IMG/VR virus record: IMGVR_UViG_2872980847_000002
Location: 6,327-70,326 of that record
Length of the DNA: 64,000 nucleotides
Source of the DNA: a virus
Lineage: Duplodnaviria; Caudoviricetes
Direction: 5' to 3' (one strand)
The notes beneath the pieces were generated by a model, which was given only the letters and a program-made list of their open reading frames with translations, made no database searches and had not been told where the DNA came from. Shown here piece after piece: positions 29,599-39,202 of the stretch. Position numbers and translations under genes: made by a program. Numbering within the stretch: the stretch's first letter is position 1; each line of letters starts with the position of its first letter.

Positions 29599-29715
29599 TG
29601 GGGTGCCTGTGCAGGAACTCCTTAACGGACTGTTGCCACGGCAGGAGGCTGGCGAGGAACCTGCTGTAGCGCGGGGCGCCCCGTTCTGTCCGACAGCTGT
29701 CCTAGCGTCGTGGGA

Positions 29716-30090
29716 ATGGATCACCACAACGACGAGGATCTGCACCGAGTGAAGATCACCGCTCGCGGCGCGAAGGCTGCGATCGAGATCGACGGGCAGC
29801 GCATAGACCCGGGCGCCCTCAGCGGCTACACCGTCAGCCACCGCGAGGGAGAGCCGCCGCAGGTCGTTCTCCTTTCCAGCCAGGACGCGGAGACGGTCTT
29901 CAAGGGCCTGGCCCGGGTAGCGGTTGCTGACATGCCCGACCCTGGCCCGGCCGCCGCGATGTTCCTGGCGTCGATCGACCCTGAGGAACTGGAGCGGACC
30001 GCGCTGTGCCGACCCGACCTTGGCACCGGCCCGCACTCCCTGACCCAGGCGATGCTCACCCAGCTGCGGGAGTGGGCCAGTGGCGCTTGA
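29716..30090 (+). CDS. Hypothetical phage protein
   Basis: Overlaps next structural gene. Confidence 0.65.
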   Translation: MDHHNDEDLHRVKITARGAKAAIEIDGQRIDPGALSGYTVSHREGEPPQVVLLSSQDAETVFKGLARVAVADMPDPGPAAAMFLASIDPEELERTALCRPDLGTGPHSLTQAMLTQLREWASGA

Positions 30091-30511
30091 CGTGGAGGGG
30101 GCGCGGCGGGTGGTCGGCCGAATCCTGGACGACAAGCTGGAGGTGTGGCGCGACAGTGGCGGCCACGCCGACGACCTCCTGGACGAGACCACAGGGGCAC
30201 TGGTGCGTCCGACACCGGACGAGGTGCTGGTGTGGGACGGGCTCGGGGCGGTCATGTCGCTGGGGCGCCCAGCGATCACCAAGCCGGTGGACGGCGCGGT
30301 CTCCGTCGAGCCGCCGACGACCGACTACCAGGCCGTGCTGCCTGTCGGGGCTCCCGTGCTGCGGCCGGATGACGTGATCCGCGTCGCCGGTTCCGTACGG
30401 CCGGGCGGCCCGCGGGACCCGCAGCTTGTCGGCCGCCGCTTCCGGGTGTCGGACGAGTCCGTGGGTACGTTCAGCGTGGTGCGGATCGTGCGCGTGCAGG
30501 TGATCAACTGA
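30080..30511 (+). CDS. Head-closure protein (DUF6093-like)
   Basis: DETTG...VWDG...DPQLVGRRFRV. Confidence 0.75.
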   Translation: MALDVEGARRVVGRILDDKLEVWRDSGGHADDLLDETTGALVRPTPDEVLVWDGLGAVMSLGRPAITKPVDGAVSVEPPTTDYQAVLPVGAPVLRPDDVIRVAGSVRPGGPRDPQLVGRRFRVSDESVGTFSVVRIVRVQVIN

Positions 30512-30939
30512 TGGCCGCCGTGGATCCGCACCCCAACGCCCACCCGGACGCCGCAGAGTTCCGGGACCCGATCGCGCTGGCCGCCGCGCTGGCCGGACTG
30601 GGGCCAGCTGTGCGCGCCCGCACGCGGACCATCACCCAGCACCACGCGATGCTGCTGCGGGTCAGGATCCAGCGCAACGCCTCCGGACGGCCCGGTCCGA
30701 ACGTGATCACCGGCCAGTACCGGGCCTCGTGGGGCGTGCGGGTCAGCACCGGTGGCGGCGAGGTGACGGCGGAGGTGTACTCAGACGCGCCGCAGGCCAG
30801 GCGGCTGGAGTACGGCTTCGTCGGCGTCGATGCGCTCGGCCGGCACTACCGTCAGCCGCCGTTCCCGCACATCGAGCCCGCCTTCCGGCAGACCGAGCCC
30901 GGCTACATCCAGGCGCTGGCGGACGGAGTGCTGCCGTGA
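30511..30939 (+). CDS. Neck protein (HK97 gp10-like)
   Basis: TGQYRASW, RRLEYG, PPFPH..PA. Confidence 0.8.
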   Translation: MAAVDPHPNAHPDAAEFRDPIALAAALAGLGPAVRARTRTITQHHAMLLRVRIQRNASGRPGPNVITGQYRASWGVRVSTGGGEVTAEVYSDAPQARRLEYGFVGVDALGRHYRQPPFPHIEPAFRQTEPGYIQALADGVLP

Positions 30940-31385
30940 CCGCTGCCCGCCTGCCGGTGACCCGGGCCCTGGTCGCGCTGGTCGAGCAGGCGACCGGGCG
31001 GCCATGCGGCCTCGGCGAGCTGCCGCGGGTGCAGGACGACGCTGGCGAGTGGCAGCCCGCGCAGGTGCCGTACGCCATCGTGGACTCGCTGCCAGGGACG
31101 TTCTCCGGGCCGCCGCTGTGGGATTGGCAGGCCGATGCCGCCTGGTCCTACCAGGTCACGTCGGTTGGCGAGCGGGAGGACCAGGTGCAGTGGCTCGCCG
31201 ACCGCGTACGCCACGGCATCGTCGGCCGCACCTCCGGCCGGTGGGCCTACGAACTGGACGTTGCTCAAGCGCGCGTCATCGACAGGCAGTTGGAGCACGA
31301 CGCCGCAGGGCAGACCTCGGTGTCGGCGGCAGGCGCTATCGTTTCCTACGTGCAGCGGTTCACCATCACCGTGACCCCTGCCTGA
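30936..31385 (+). CDS. Tail terminator
   Basis: PYAIV, YQVTSVG..Q..WLADRVR; position. Confidence 0.75.
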   Translation: MTAARLPVTRALVALVEQATGRPCGLGELPRVQDDAGEWQPAQVPYAIVDSLPGTFSGPPLWDWQADAAWSYQVTSVGEREDQVQWLADRVRHGIVGRTSGRWAYELDVAQARVIDRQLEHDAAGQTSVSAAGAIVSYVQRFTITVTPA

Positions 31386-31514
31386 AAGAGCTTCTGATCC
31401 TCACCGCGGAGGCCCGCGCGGACGCTCGGCCACAAGGCCCATGCGAACCCCCTTTGGACATCCAGGGGCAGGGCCTCAAGCACGGGACGCTGCCCCACAG
31501 ATGGGAGCGGACCT

Positions 31515-32123
31515 GTGTCCTCGAACAATCCGTCGTCCACCCAGACTCGATTCCTCCGGCGCGGCATCTCCAAGATCTACTGGCTGAAGACGATCAACGA
31601 CCCGAAGTGGCCGACCCGCACGGAGATCAGCCAGCCGAACCGGTTCGACCTGACGCACGCGGTCTCCGACATGTCGGGATGGGCGCTGGCGAACGAGCCG
31701 ATCGAGACCCCCGACATGGGCTCGACGTTCAACTCCTCGATCCCCGGCGCCGACAAGGCGGACAAGAGCGACCTGACGTTCTACGAGGACCAGCACTCCG
31801 ACGCGATCGAGCAGCACCTGAACAAGGGCGCCAAGGGCTGGATCGTGCTGCTACGCAAGGGCGACATTCCCGGCTCGCGCTCTATGGACGTCTTCCCCGT
31901 CCAGGTCGCCTCGCGTGCCGCGACCTACGCGACCGGCAACGAAGCGGCGAAGTTCAAGGTGGAGTTCACCATCACCGACGAGCCGTCGCTCGATGTCGTG
32001 GTGCCCGAGGCGTTCCACACCCTTCCCAAGCCGAACAAGGACCGTGACGACGATGGCGAGACCGTCGATGTCACCGTGGTGAGTGCCACCGCAGCCACCG
32101 TCCACGAGCACATCGAGGACTGA
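31515..32123 (+). CDS. Major tail (tube) protein
   Basis: PTRTEI, IETPD, SIPG, LTFYED, DVFPV. Confidence 0.85.
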   Translation: MSSNNPSSTQTRFLRRGISKIYWLKTINDPKWPTRTEISQPNRFDLTHAVSDMSGWALANEPIETPDMGSTFNSSIPGADKADKSDLTFYEDQHSDAIEQHLNKGAKGWIVLLRKGDIPGSRSMDVFPVQVASRAATYATGNEAAKFKVEFTITDEPSLDVVVPEAFHTLPKPNKDRDDDGETVDVTVVSATAATVHEHIED

Positions 32124-32125
32124 CG

Positions 32126-32686
32126 GTGTCGCAACCCGCACCCACCAAGCGCCCGTCCCCTCCGCGTAGTCAAACGCCGGCGGAGGGGGCGTGGGCGGCG
32201 AAGATGGACCGCCTTCGCCGCCGCGCACGACCGCAGAACAAGCTGCGCATCTGCGATGACGAGCAGCTACGGAACCGGGTCGATGAAGCCGAACAGGCAG
32301 CACTGCGTGCCCGGCTCCTCGCCGAGGCGAGCCCCGAGGACGAAGGCGCCCTCAAGCGGGCCGCCGAAGCCGAAGCCGCCCTTGCGGAAGCCCGCGTCGC
32401 GCTGGACGACGCCTCCGACTTCCTGACCTTCCGCGCACTGGCGCGCCCGATCCTCGAAGAGCTGATCGCCGGGCATCCCCCGACCGAGCAACAAGCCGGT
32501 GAAGGAGCGGTGTTCAACCCCGATACCTTCCCGGCGGCGCTGATCTCAGCCGCGTCCTTCGAGGGGATGAGCCAGCAGGAGGCGGCCGAGCTGCTGTCCA
32601 CGTGGTCGGCGCCGGACGCCAACATGCTGTGGGAGGCCGCCTGGTCGGTGCAGCAGGAAGGCCGGGTGGACCTGGGAAAAGGCTGA
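32126..32686 (+). CDS. Tail assembly chaperone (G)
   Basis: HPPT..FNPDTF; ends at slippery GGGAAAA. Confidence 0.85.
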   Translation: MSQPAPTKRPSPPRSQTPAEGAWAAKMDRLRRRARPQNKLRICDDEQLRNRVDEAEQAALRARLLAEASPEDEGALKRAAEAEAALAEARVALDDASDFLTFRALARPILEELIAGHPPTEQQAGEGAVFNPDTFPAALISAASFEGMSQQEAAELLSTWSAPDANMLWEAAWSVQQEGRVDLGKG

Positions 32687-33051
32687 GCCGTGATCCGCAG
32701 TTGCGTGCCGAGCTGGAGCTGTGCGCGAAATTCCGCATTCCACACTCGCAGCTGCTCGGCGGCGACGGCCGGTGGACGGAGCTGGACCGGGCCAAGGCGT
32801 TGGCATGGGAGGAGTGGCAGCGGTCGGTGTGCCCCGAGTGCCACACCCGCCTGTCCGAATGGGACCCCCAGCGCGGCGGCGACCGTCACGCGTACGTCAC
32901 TGACACCCTGCGTTGCCCCGGCTGCGAGTTGATCGAGCAGGAACGCGACCACGTGCCCACGGACCGCTCCGGTTACGGCGTGAAGATCCAGCTCCTGCCC
33001 CGCCACCACCAACACCAGGCGAAAACACCTGATCAACCCAGCAGGACGTAG
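32674..33051 (+). CDS. Tail assembly chaperone extension (GT) via -1 frameshift
   Basis: G GGA AAA at 32674-32680; -1 frame open to 33051; CPEC..CPGC. Confidence 0.8.
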   Translation, partial: GKRLSRDPQLRAELELCAKFRIPHSQLLGGDGRWTELDRAKALAWEEWQRSVCPECHTRLSEWDPQRGGDRHAYVTDTLRCPGCELIEQERDHVPTDRSGYGVKIQLLPRHHQHQAKTPDQPSRT

Positions 33052-33069
33052 TGAAGGAGGAGTGCGGCG

Positions 33070-36000
33070 GTGTCCGGGTTCACCCTGACCGTGGCGATGC
33101 GCGCCGAGGTCCGCGACCTGATCGCGGGCACTCGCGCTGCCTCCGGCGAGATGCGGTCCATGGCCGACCGCACCGAGGCCGCGAACCGATCCTTGGCTCG
33201 GCTGGATACCGGCGGCGCCCGGCTTGCTTCCCAGTTCTCCGCACTGAACCGATCGGCCCGCGCCGCCGTCGGGGAACTGGACAGGATCTCTACCCGTGCG
33301 GCGGCCGCACGCGCGAGCCTGCGGGCAGTCGGGGACGATGGTGGTCGGTCGATGTCCCGGGTACACGGCGCCGTGGCCGGGGCGAGCCGGCGAGGGCTGT
33401 CGGCCACCAACATGCTTGCGGGTGGCGCGCTGCTGCTTGGCGCCGGGGACATCATTGCTGAGGGCAATCGCTACCAGCAGGAGATGAACCAGTTCCAAGC
33501 GGTCACCGGCGCCACCGCGGGACAGATGAAACGTGCCTCCCAGATGGCGCAGCAGCTGGGCAGTGACCTGAGCCTGCCCGGTGCGTCGGCTTCGGGAGCT
33601 GCCGAAGCCATGGTCGAGCTGAGCAAGGCTGGCTTCCGCGCCGATCAGAGCATCGATGCCGTCCGCGCTTCGCTCCAGCTCGCCTCTGCCGCCGACGTCG
33701 ACGCCGCCACTTCGGCGAAATACCTGGGCGACACGATGGATCAGTTCGGCCTCGGCGCCGACCAGGCATCCAAAGCGGCGGACACTCTTGCAGCCACAGC
33801 GAAATCCGCGTCGGGATCGGTCACGGACATCTACTACGCGATGCGGTACGCGGGACCGGTGGCGCACGGTCTGGGCATCTCGCTCCAGGACACGGCCGCA
33901 GCGGTCGGCATGCTCGGCAAGTCGGGCATCCTCGGGTCCACCGCGGGAACTTCGCTGCGCGGCCTGTTTACCAACTTGGCCGCGCCGACGCCTCAGATGC
34001 GTGGCGCCCTGAACGACTTGGGTATCCAGGCATTCGACGCCACGGGAAAGTTCCGGGGCCTGCGGGTGGTCATCGACGGGCTGGCCAAGGCCCAGCGCAC
34101 CATGTCCGAGCAGGACTTCACCGCCGCGGCAACCAAGGCGTTCGGCAAGCCCGCGCTGTCCGGCGTGGTGGCCCTGGCCCACCAAGGCACCGAATCCTTC
34201 GACGCCTTGTCCATGGCCGTCCGCCAGACGGGGACGGCTGCCTCCCTGACCGCCTCGCGCGGCCAGGGCCTGACCGGCGCGATGACGCAGCTGCGTACTC
34301 AGGCACGGCAGACCGGGCTGGCGCTCTACAACGGCATGGCACCCGGACTTGAGTACGTCACTCGGCTGCTGACCCGCGGCATGGCCGAAGCCACCCCGCA
34401 CCTGAGCGCCGCGCTGGAGTACGGGCGCAACCTGGCGGTGTTGTTCGGGCCGGAGCTGAAGCAGAAGACCACCTCGGGGATGGGCGGGCTGATCGACGAT
34501 GCCCGCCGGCTGCTGGGGCCGCTGAAGGATCTGGGCGAGCACTCCCTGGCCACGGGGCTGAACCTGCTGATCAACGCCGGTGAGACCCTGGGAGAGGTCC
34601 TTGACCACCTCGTGCGGGGCGCGGAGCCCGTCGGTGACGCCCTGGCCGGGCTGGGTAAAGACGGCGGGGCCGCGGCCGGCACCCTCGACATCATCGCCAC
34701 CGTCGGCAACACGGCTATGGACGCCGTCTCCGGACTGTCCGTCGTCCTGATCCCCATTGGGCACATCGTCGGCGGCCTGGTCACCGCTTTCGGCGCGCTG
34801 CCCGCCCCCATCCAGTCCGCGGCGCTGGCCATGCTCCTCTTCCGCCGCTACCAGGGCGGGCTGACCAGCTTGGCCACCAGCATCTCCGGCCCGGTCCGTG
34901 GGGCGATCAGGGGCTTCAACGACGAGATGGTGTTGCAGCGCAACCTCGCCGCGACCGCGGGGGTCTCGCTGTCCCGATACGGGGCCGCCTGGGCCGCAGT
35001 CCAGGCCCGGGTCGGGTTCCTCGGCAACATGACGGCGGCGTTCCGCAGCGCCAACGGCGCAGGGACAACCTTCACGGGAACCCTCAACGGCATCGGCCGC
35101 GCCGCCGGTTCCGGCCTGCGCTCCGCGCTCGGCGGCGTCACCAGCGCGCTCGGCGGTCCCTTCGGCGTGGTCATGGCCGGGGTCTCCATCGGCCTTGGGC
35201 TACTGGCCGCCCGCCAGCAGAAGGCCGCGCAGGCGGCGGCCGAGCATCAGCAGCGCATCTCCTCCCTGACCTCGGCCCTGCGGGAGTCCGGCGGCCAGAT
35301 CAACGCCGACGTACGTGGGCAGGCAGCCCAGGCCCTGTTGGACACCAAGACCGACCAGGGCCAGCTCACCAAGGTCATGTCCGAAGCCGGAGTGCCGCTG
35401 TCGGCCCTTACCGACGCCTACCTTGGCCAGGGAACTTCCCTGGATGCGCTGCAAAAGCAGCTCATGGCCACCGCCGACGCACACCGAATGAACAAGGAGG
35501 TCATGGGCGGGAAAGGGGTCACCCTGGACTACTCCGACGTGGGCAAGCGGTACAAGGACGCCGCCGACGCGCTCGGCAGCGTCAAGGGCGAGATGGCCGA
35601 TGCGGTGAAGAACGCCAAGGAGCTGGCCACCGCCACGAAGGGCGCGGGGGACGGCAGGTCTGCGTACGACCGGCTGAAAACAGCCGTCGGCGGACTGGCC
35701 GATGAGACGGCCGACGCCGATACCCGCACCCGGTCGCTGAAGTCGGCCCTGGACCTGCTCTCGGGCGGGCAGATCTCCCTCCAGGCCGCGAAAGCCAAGG
35801 TCAACTCCGCCGCGCTCGACCTGAAGGAGGGCAGCCAGAACGTCAACCGGGGCCAGGGGTACGGCGGCGGGCAGCTGGTCAACGCGGATAAGACCCTCAA
35901 CACCACCACCCGCAATGGCCAGCAGCTCTACAACCAGCTCACCGCGCTCTCCGATGCGGCGGCCGACGCCACCGTGGCCACGTACGCGCTGGCACGGCAG

Positions 36001-37326
36001 AACAACGAGTCGCTGCCGGCCGCCCTGGCGAAGTCCACCGCCGAGATGAGCCGGGCCCGCGCCGAAGCCATCAAGGCCGCGCAAGGCTACGGACTGACCA
36101 AGACCGAAGCCGAAGGCGTCGCCGACAGACTCGGCCTGCTGCCATCGAAAGTGTCGTTGCTGCTCCAAACCAAGGGCATGGACAGCACGCTCGCCAACCT
36201 GATCGCCGTCCAGGCCGAGTTTCACCGGCTGCCGAACCAGAAGACAATCAAGGTGGACAGCCTCAGCGACGGGGCGCAGCAAAAACTGCGCAGCCTCGGC
36301 TTCACCGTGAAGACCGTTCCCGGCACGCGACAGATCACGATCACCGCGCCGACAACGGCGGCGCGCAAGAGCCTGGACGCGCTGATCGACCAGCTCGGTC
36401 GGACCCCGAGCGGCAAGAACGTCCGCGTCTCCGCGCAGACCGCTGCCGCGATCAACAGCCTCCAGCAGGTGCAGGCCAAGATCAGGGCCACCCCCGGAGC
36501 GAAGTCGGTCATTGTGCGCGCCCCCACCGCCCAGGCCCGCCAGGAGCTGGAGGCGCTGGGGTTCCGCATCCAGAAGGTGCCGGGATCCAAGAACGTGCGG
36601 GTCACCGTGCCGACGGGCGGGCCGATCTCGGCCGCCAACGCCATCCAGAACCGCATCAATGCGCTGCGTGGCAAGCAGGTGACCGTCACCCTGTTCCGGC
36701 AGGTGAAAGGGCCATCGTGGGACCCGGGCCTCACCGGGATCCCCGACGACATTCGAAACCCCAACTTCCACGGGTTCGGCCAGGCCACCGGCGGCGTCGT
36801 CGACTACTTCGCCGACGGCGGCCTGGCCCGCCCTCAGCGCCGCGAGCAGCACGTCGCGCAGGTCGCCCCCGCGGGCGCGTGGAGGGTCTGGGCGGAGCCC
36901 GAGACCGGCGGAGAAGCGTACGTTCCGCTCGCTGCGTCGAAGCGGGAGCGCAGCAAGGCCGTGGTGGAGGACGTCGTCGGCCGCTTCGGCGGCGAGATCC
37001 AGTGGTTTGCCAGCGGCGGCGTGCGCGGCCTGGCCAGCGGTGACTACAGCCCCATGCTGGCCAGTTCGTTCAAGCAGGCCCAAAGCGCACAGGTCATGGC
37101 CGGAGTCGTCCGCGCCTTCGACATCAGCACCGGCAGCGACCGAGCCCGCACCCGCGTGGTCGACGCCCGCGCCGGCGGACGCGTCCAGGTCGTCGTCGTG
37201 CGCGAGCAGCAGCCACTGATCGGCACCATGCCGGTCACCGTCACCGACAGCGCCGCAACCCCCGAACAGATCGGCAACGAAATGATGCGCAACCTGCGCA
37301 ACGCCCAACGGGGCGGGAGGGTTTGA
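33070..37326 (+). CDS. Tape measure protein
   Basis: 1418 aa Ala-rich; TP901-type core AGTSLRG; WAEPETGGEAYVPL. Confidence 0.95.
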   Translation: MSGFTLTVAMRAEVRDLIAGTRAASGEMRSMADRTEAANRSLARLDTGGARLASQFSALNRSARAAVGELDRISTRAAAARASLRAVGDDGGRSMSRVHGAVAGASRRGLSATNMLAGGALLLGAGDIIAEGNRYQQEMNQFQAVTGATAGQMKRASQMAQQLGSDLSLPGASASGAAEAMVELSKAGFRADQSIDAVRASLQLASAADVDAATSAKYLGDTMDQFGLGADQASKAADTLAATAKSASGSVTDIYYAMRYAGPVAHGLGISLQDTAAAVGMLGKSGILGSTAGTSLRGLFTNLAAPTPQMRGALNDLGIQAFDATGKFRGLRVVIDGLAKAQRTMSEQDFTAAATKAFGKPALSGVVALAHQGTESFDALSMAVRQTGTAASLTASRGQGLTGAMTQLRTQARQTGLALYNGMAPGLEYVTRLLTRGMAEATPHLSAALEYGRNLAVLFGPELKQKTTSGMGGLIDDARRLLGPLKDLGEHSLATGLNLLINAGETLGEVLDHLVRGAEPVGDALAGLGKDGGAAAGTLDIIATVGNTAMDAVSGLSVVLIPIGHIVGGLVTAFGALPAPIQSAALAMLLFRRYQGGLTSLATSISGPVRGAIRGFNDEMVLQRNLAATAGVSLSRYGAAWAAVQARVGFLGNMTAAFRSANGAGTTFTGTLNGIGRAAGSGLRSALGGVTSALGGPFGVVMAGVSIGLGLLAARQQKAAQAAAEHQQRISSLTSALRESGGQINADVRGQAAQALLDTKTDQGQLTKVMSEAGVPLSALTDAYLGQGTSLDALQKQLMATADAHRMNKEVMGGKGVTLDYSDVGKRYKDAADALGSVKGEMADAVKNAKELATATKGAGDGRSAYDRLKTAVGGLADETADADTRTRSLKSALDLLSGGQISLQAAKAKVNSAALDLKEGSQNVNRGQGYGGGQLVNADKTLNTTTRNGQQLYNQLTALSDAAADATVATYALARQNNESLPAALAKSTAEMSRARAEAIKAAQGYGLTKTEAEGVADRLGLLPSKVSLLLQTKGMDSTLANLIAVQAEFHRLPNQKTIKVDSLSDGAQQKLRSLGFTVKTVPGTRQITITAPTTAARKSLDALIDQLGRTPSGKNVRVSAQTAAAINSLQQVQAKIRATPGAKSVIVRAPTAQARQELEALGFRIQKVPGSKNVRVTVPTGGPISAANAIQNRINALRGKQVTVTLFRQVKGPSWDPGLTGIPDDIRNPNFHGFGQATGGVVDYFADGGLARPQRREQHVAQVAPAGAWRVWAEPETGGEAYVPLAASKRERSKAVVEDVVGRFGGEIQWFASGGVRGLASGDYSPMLASSFKQAQSAQVMAGVVRAFDISTGSDRARTRVVDARAGGRVQVVVVREQQPLIGTMPVTVTDSAATPEQIGNEMMRNLRNAQRGGRV

Positions 37327-38261
37327 TGACCACACCAGCCACACAGCCCCCGCCCATCGAACTGGCCCCCTGGCAGGTCGAGATCGGCGGCGTCGTTCTC
37401 GGCAAGGGGACGCAGATACCCATCGGCGACATCGAAGGGCTCGGCTCACCAACGGTGCGCGCGCAGGACGTGGACAATCCCGTCGGTGACGGCACCAACC
37501 CGGGTCAGGATCTCTATGGCCCGCGCACCCTCCGCATCGAGGCCGGCATCAAGACGCCCGGCGACCCGGCCGCGGCCGCCGATCTCCTTGCCCGCCTCCA
37601 GCGCGCCCTGGACGACCCCGCAGCCCGCACCCGTCCCGAGGGCCGCCATGTGCTGCGGGGCCGCTGGCCCGGTCACCGCACGCGCCGTCTGTACGGGCGG
37701 CTGCGGCGCGTGGAGCCCACCAGCACCGCCACCGCTATCCACGGCTGGATCCCGCTCGACATCGAGTTCGCCGGGCTGGACCCACGCTTCTATGAGGACG
37801 AGGCATCGCAGCTGACCCTCGGCCTCGACCAGGCCGCGCTCCACAAGCCCGGCGCCCGCGCCGTCGGCGCACCGCTGCGCGTACCTGCGCAAGGCGACGG
37901 AGCAGACCCAGAGGACCGGCCCGGATGGGTCACCAACCACGGCAACACCTCCGCTTGGCCCGCCCTTCGCATCCACGGCCCCGTCGCGCATCCCCGCATC
38001 TGGAACAGCGTCACGGGCCGAGTGCTCGAACTCGACCTGTCGCTGCGTACCGGGGAGTGGGTGGAGATGGAGACCCGCCCCACCACGTGCTGGGCCCTGC
38101 GCAACGGCACGGACAACGTCGCGAACGACCTGACCCCCGGATCCCGCCTCGACCTGTTCGCCATACCGCCGGGTCGCTCGGAGATCGGCTGGAGCGGCGA
38201 CGACCCCACCGGTACCGCTCGCCTGGACGTGTCGTGGCGGTCGGCCTACACCGGCCTGTGA
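37323..38261 (+). CDS. Distal tail protein
   Basis: DPRFY, N.G..AWP..IHGP, IPPG..WRSAY. Confidence 0.8.
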   Translation: MMTTPATQPPPIELAPWQVEIGGVVLGKGTQIPIGDIEGLGSPTVRAQDVDNPVGDGTNPGQDLYGPRTLRIEAGIKTPGDPAAAADLLARLQRALDDPAARTRPEGRHVLRGRWPGHRTRRLYGRLRRVEPTSTATAIHGWIPLDIEFAGLDPRFYEDEASQLTLGLDQAALHKPGARAVGAPLRVPAQGDGADPEDRPGWVTNHGNTSAWPALRIHGPVAHPRIWNSVTGRVLELDLSLRTGEWVEMETRPTTCWALRNGTDNVANDLTPGSRLDLFAIPPGRSEIGWSGDDPTGTARLDVSWRSAYTGL

Positions 38262-38272
38262 ACGGAGCAGCG

Positions 38273-39202
38273 ATGACCCTTGTCCAACCCCCGATGATGG
38301 TGCACGGCGGCAACCACCCGGCCCGCGCGATGCGCCTGATGATCCGCGACCTGGCCCGCGGCCGCCAGGGCATCACCGAAGCCGGCGACCTCAAGGCCCG
38401 CCCCCTGGAGACACCAGGCCCCGCCGTCCGCGTCGGCGACGGCTCCGCCCTCATCCACGGCGCCCGCCCCTGGCAAGGCGCCTACACCCAGACCAACATC
38501 GGCGACGCGACGGTGCACGTCCCACCGACCGGGCCGTTCGCCCGCACTGACCTGCTCGTCCTTCGCGTCGAAGACCCCGAATTCGAGGGCGCACGCGACC
38601 CGCGCAAGGAGGAAATCGGCTACTTCCACCTCATCCAGGGCGTAGAGGCGGACACGGCCTTTGTGCCGGAGGGAATGACGGGGATACCGCTTGCCCGCAT
38701 CACGTTGCCCCGCAACACCGCTGCGATCACTGCCGACATGATCACCGACCTGCGTCAGGTCGCCAACCCGCGCACCGAACGGACCCTGCGCGTCCTCCAC
38801 CCGACAGACACCGAGAAGGTGCCCACCCCGCACGGCTCGTGGGCGGCGTGGCCGAAGGAAGCCGCCTGGGACGTGGACGTCCCCGCCTGGGCGACGAAGG
38901 CCGCCCTCGTGGTCACCCTGGCCGGGCTGCGAGCCGAAGCCGGCAACATCTACGCCGAGTTGCGCACCCGCCTGGGCGAGCACAACGCGCCCCCGACCGT
39001 CTTCGACGACGACGGCACCACCACCCGCCGCGCCACCGTGATCCTCGCCGACACCTTCGCCGTCCCGCCCGCCTACCGCGGTACCCGACAGCACCTGGCC
39101 GTGCAGATCAACCAGCTCGACAAGTACGGCGACGGCGACCTGACGGTGACCGCAGGCACCACGGTGACCGCCGACATCGAGTTCACCGAAGGTCCCGTGT
39201 GA
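38273..39202 (+). CDS. Minor tail protein
   Basis: RTDLLVLRV.D, LARITLP, ITDLR. Confidence 0.75.
   Translation: MTLVQPPMMVHGGNHPARAMRLMIRDLARGRQGITEAGDLKARPLETPGPAVRVGDGSALIHGARPWQGAYTQTNIGDATVHVPPTGPFARTDLLVLRVEDPEFEGARDPRKEEIGYFHLIQGVEADTAFVPEGMTGIPLARITLPRNTAAITADMITDLRQVANPRTERTLRVLHPTDTEKVPTPHGSWAAWPKEAAWDVDVPAWATKAALVVTLAGLRAEAGNIYAELRTRLGEHNAPPTVFDDDGTTTRRATVILADTFAVPPAYRGTRQHLAVQINQLDKYGDGDLTVTAGTTVTADIEFTEGPV

Noticed and set aside
32170-37452. Long antisense ORFs (864 and 750 aa) and similar ones such as 2330-3985, 5210-6919, 55512-57434 and 58433-60535
   Set aside because: Shadow frames of high-GC genes, with no motifs and biased composition
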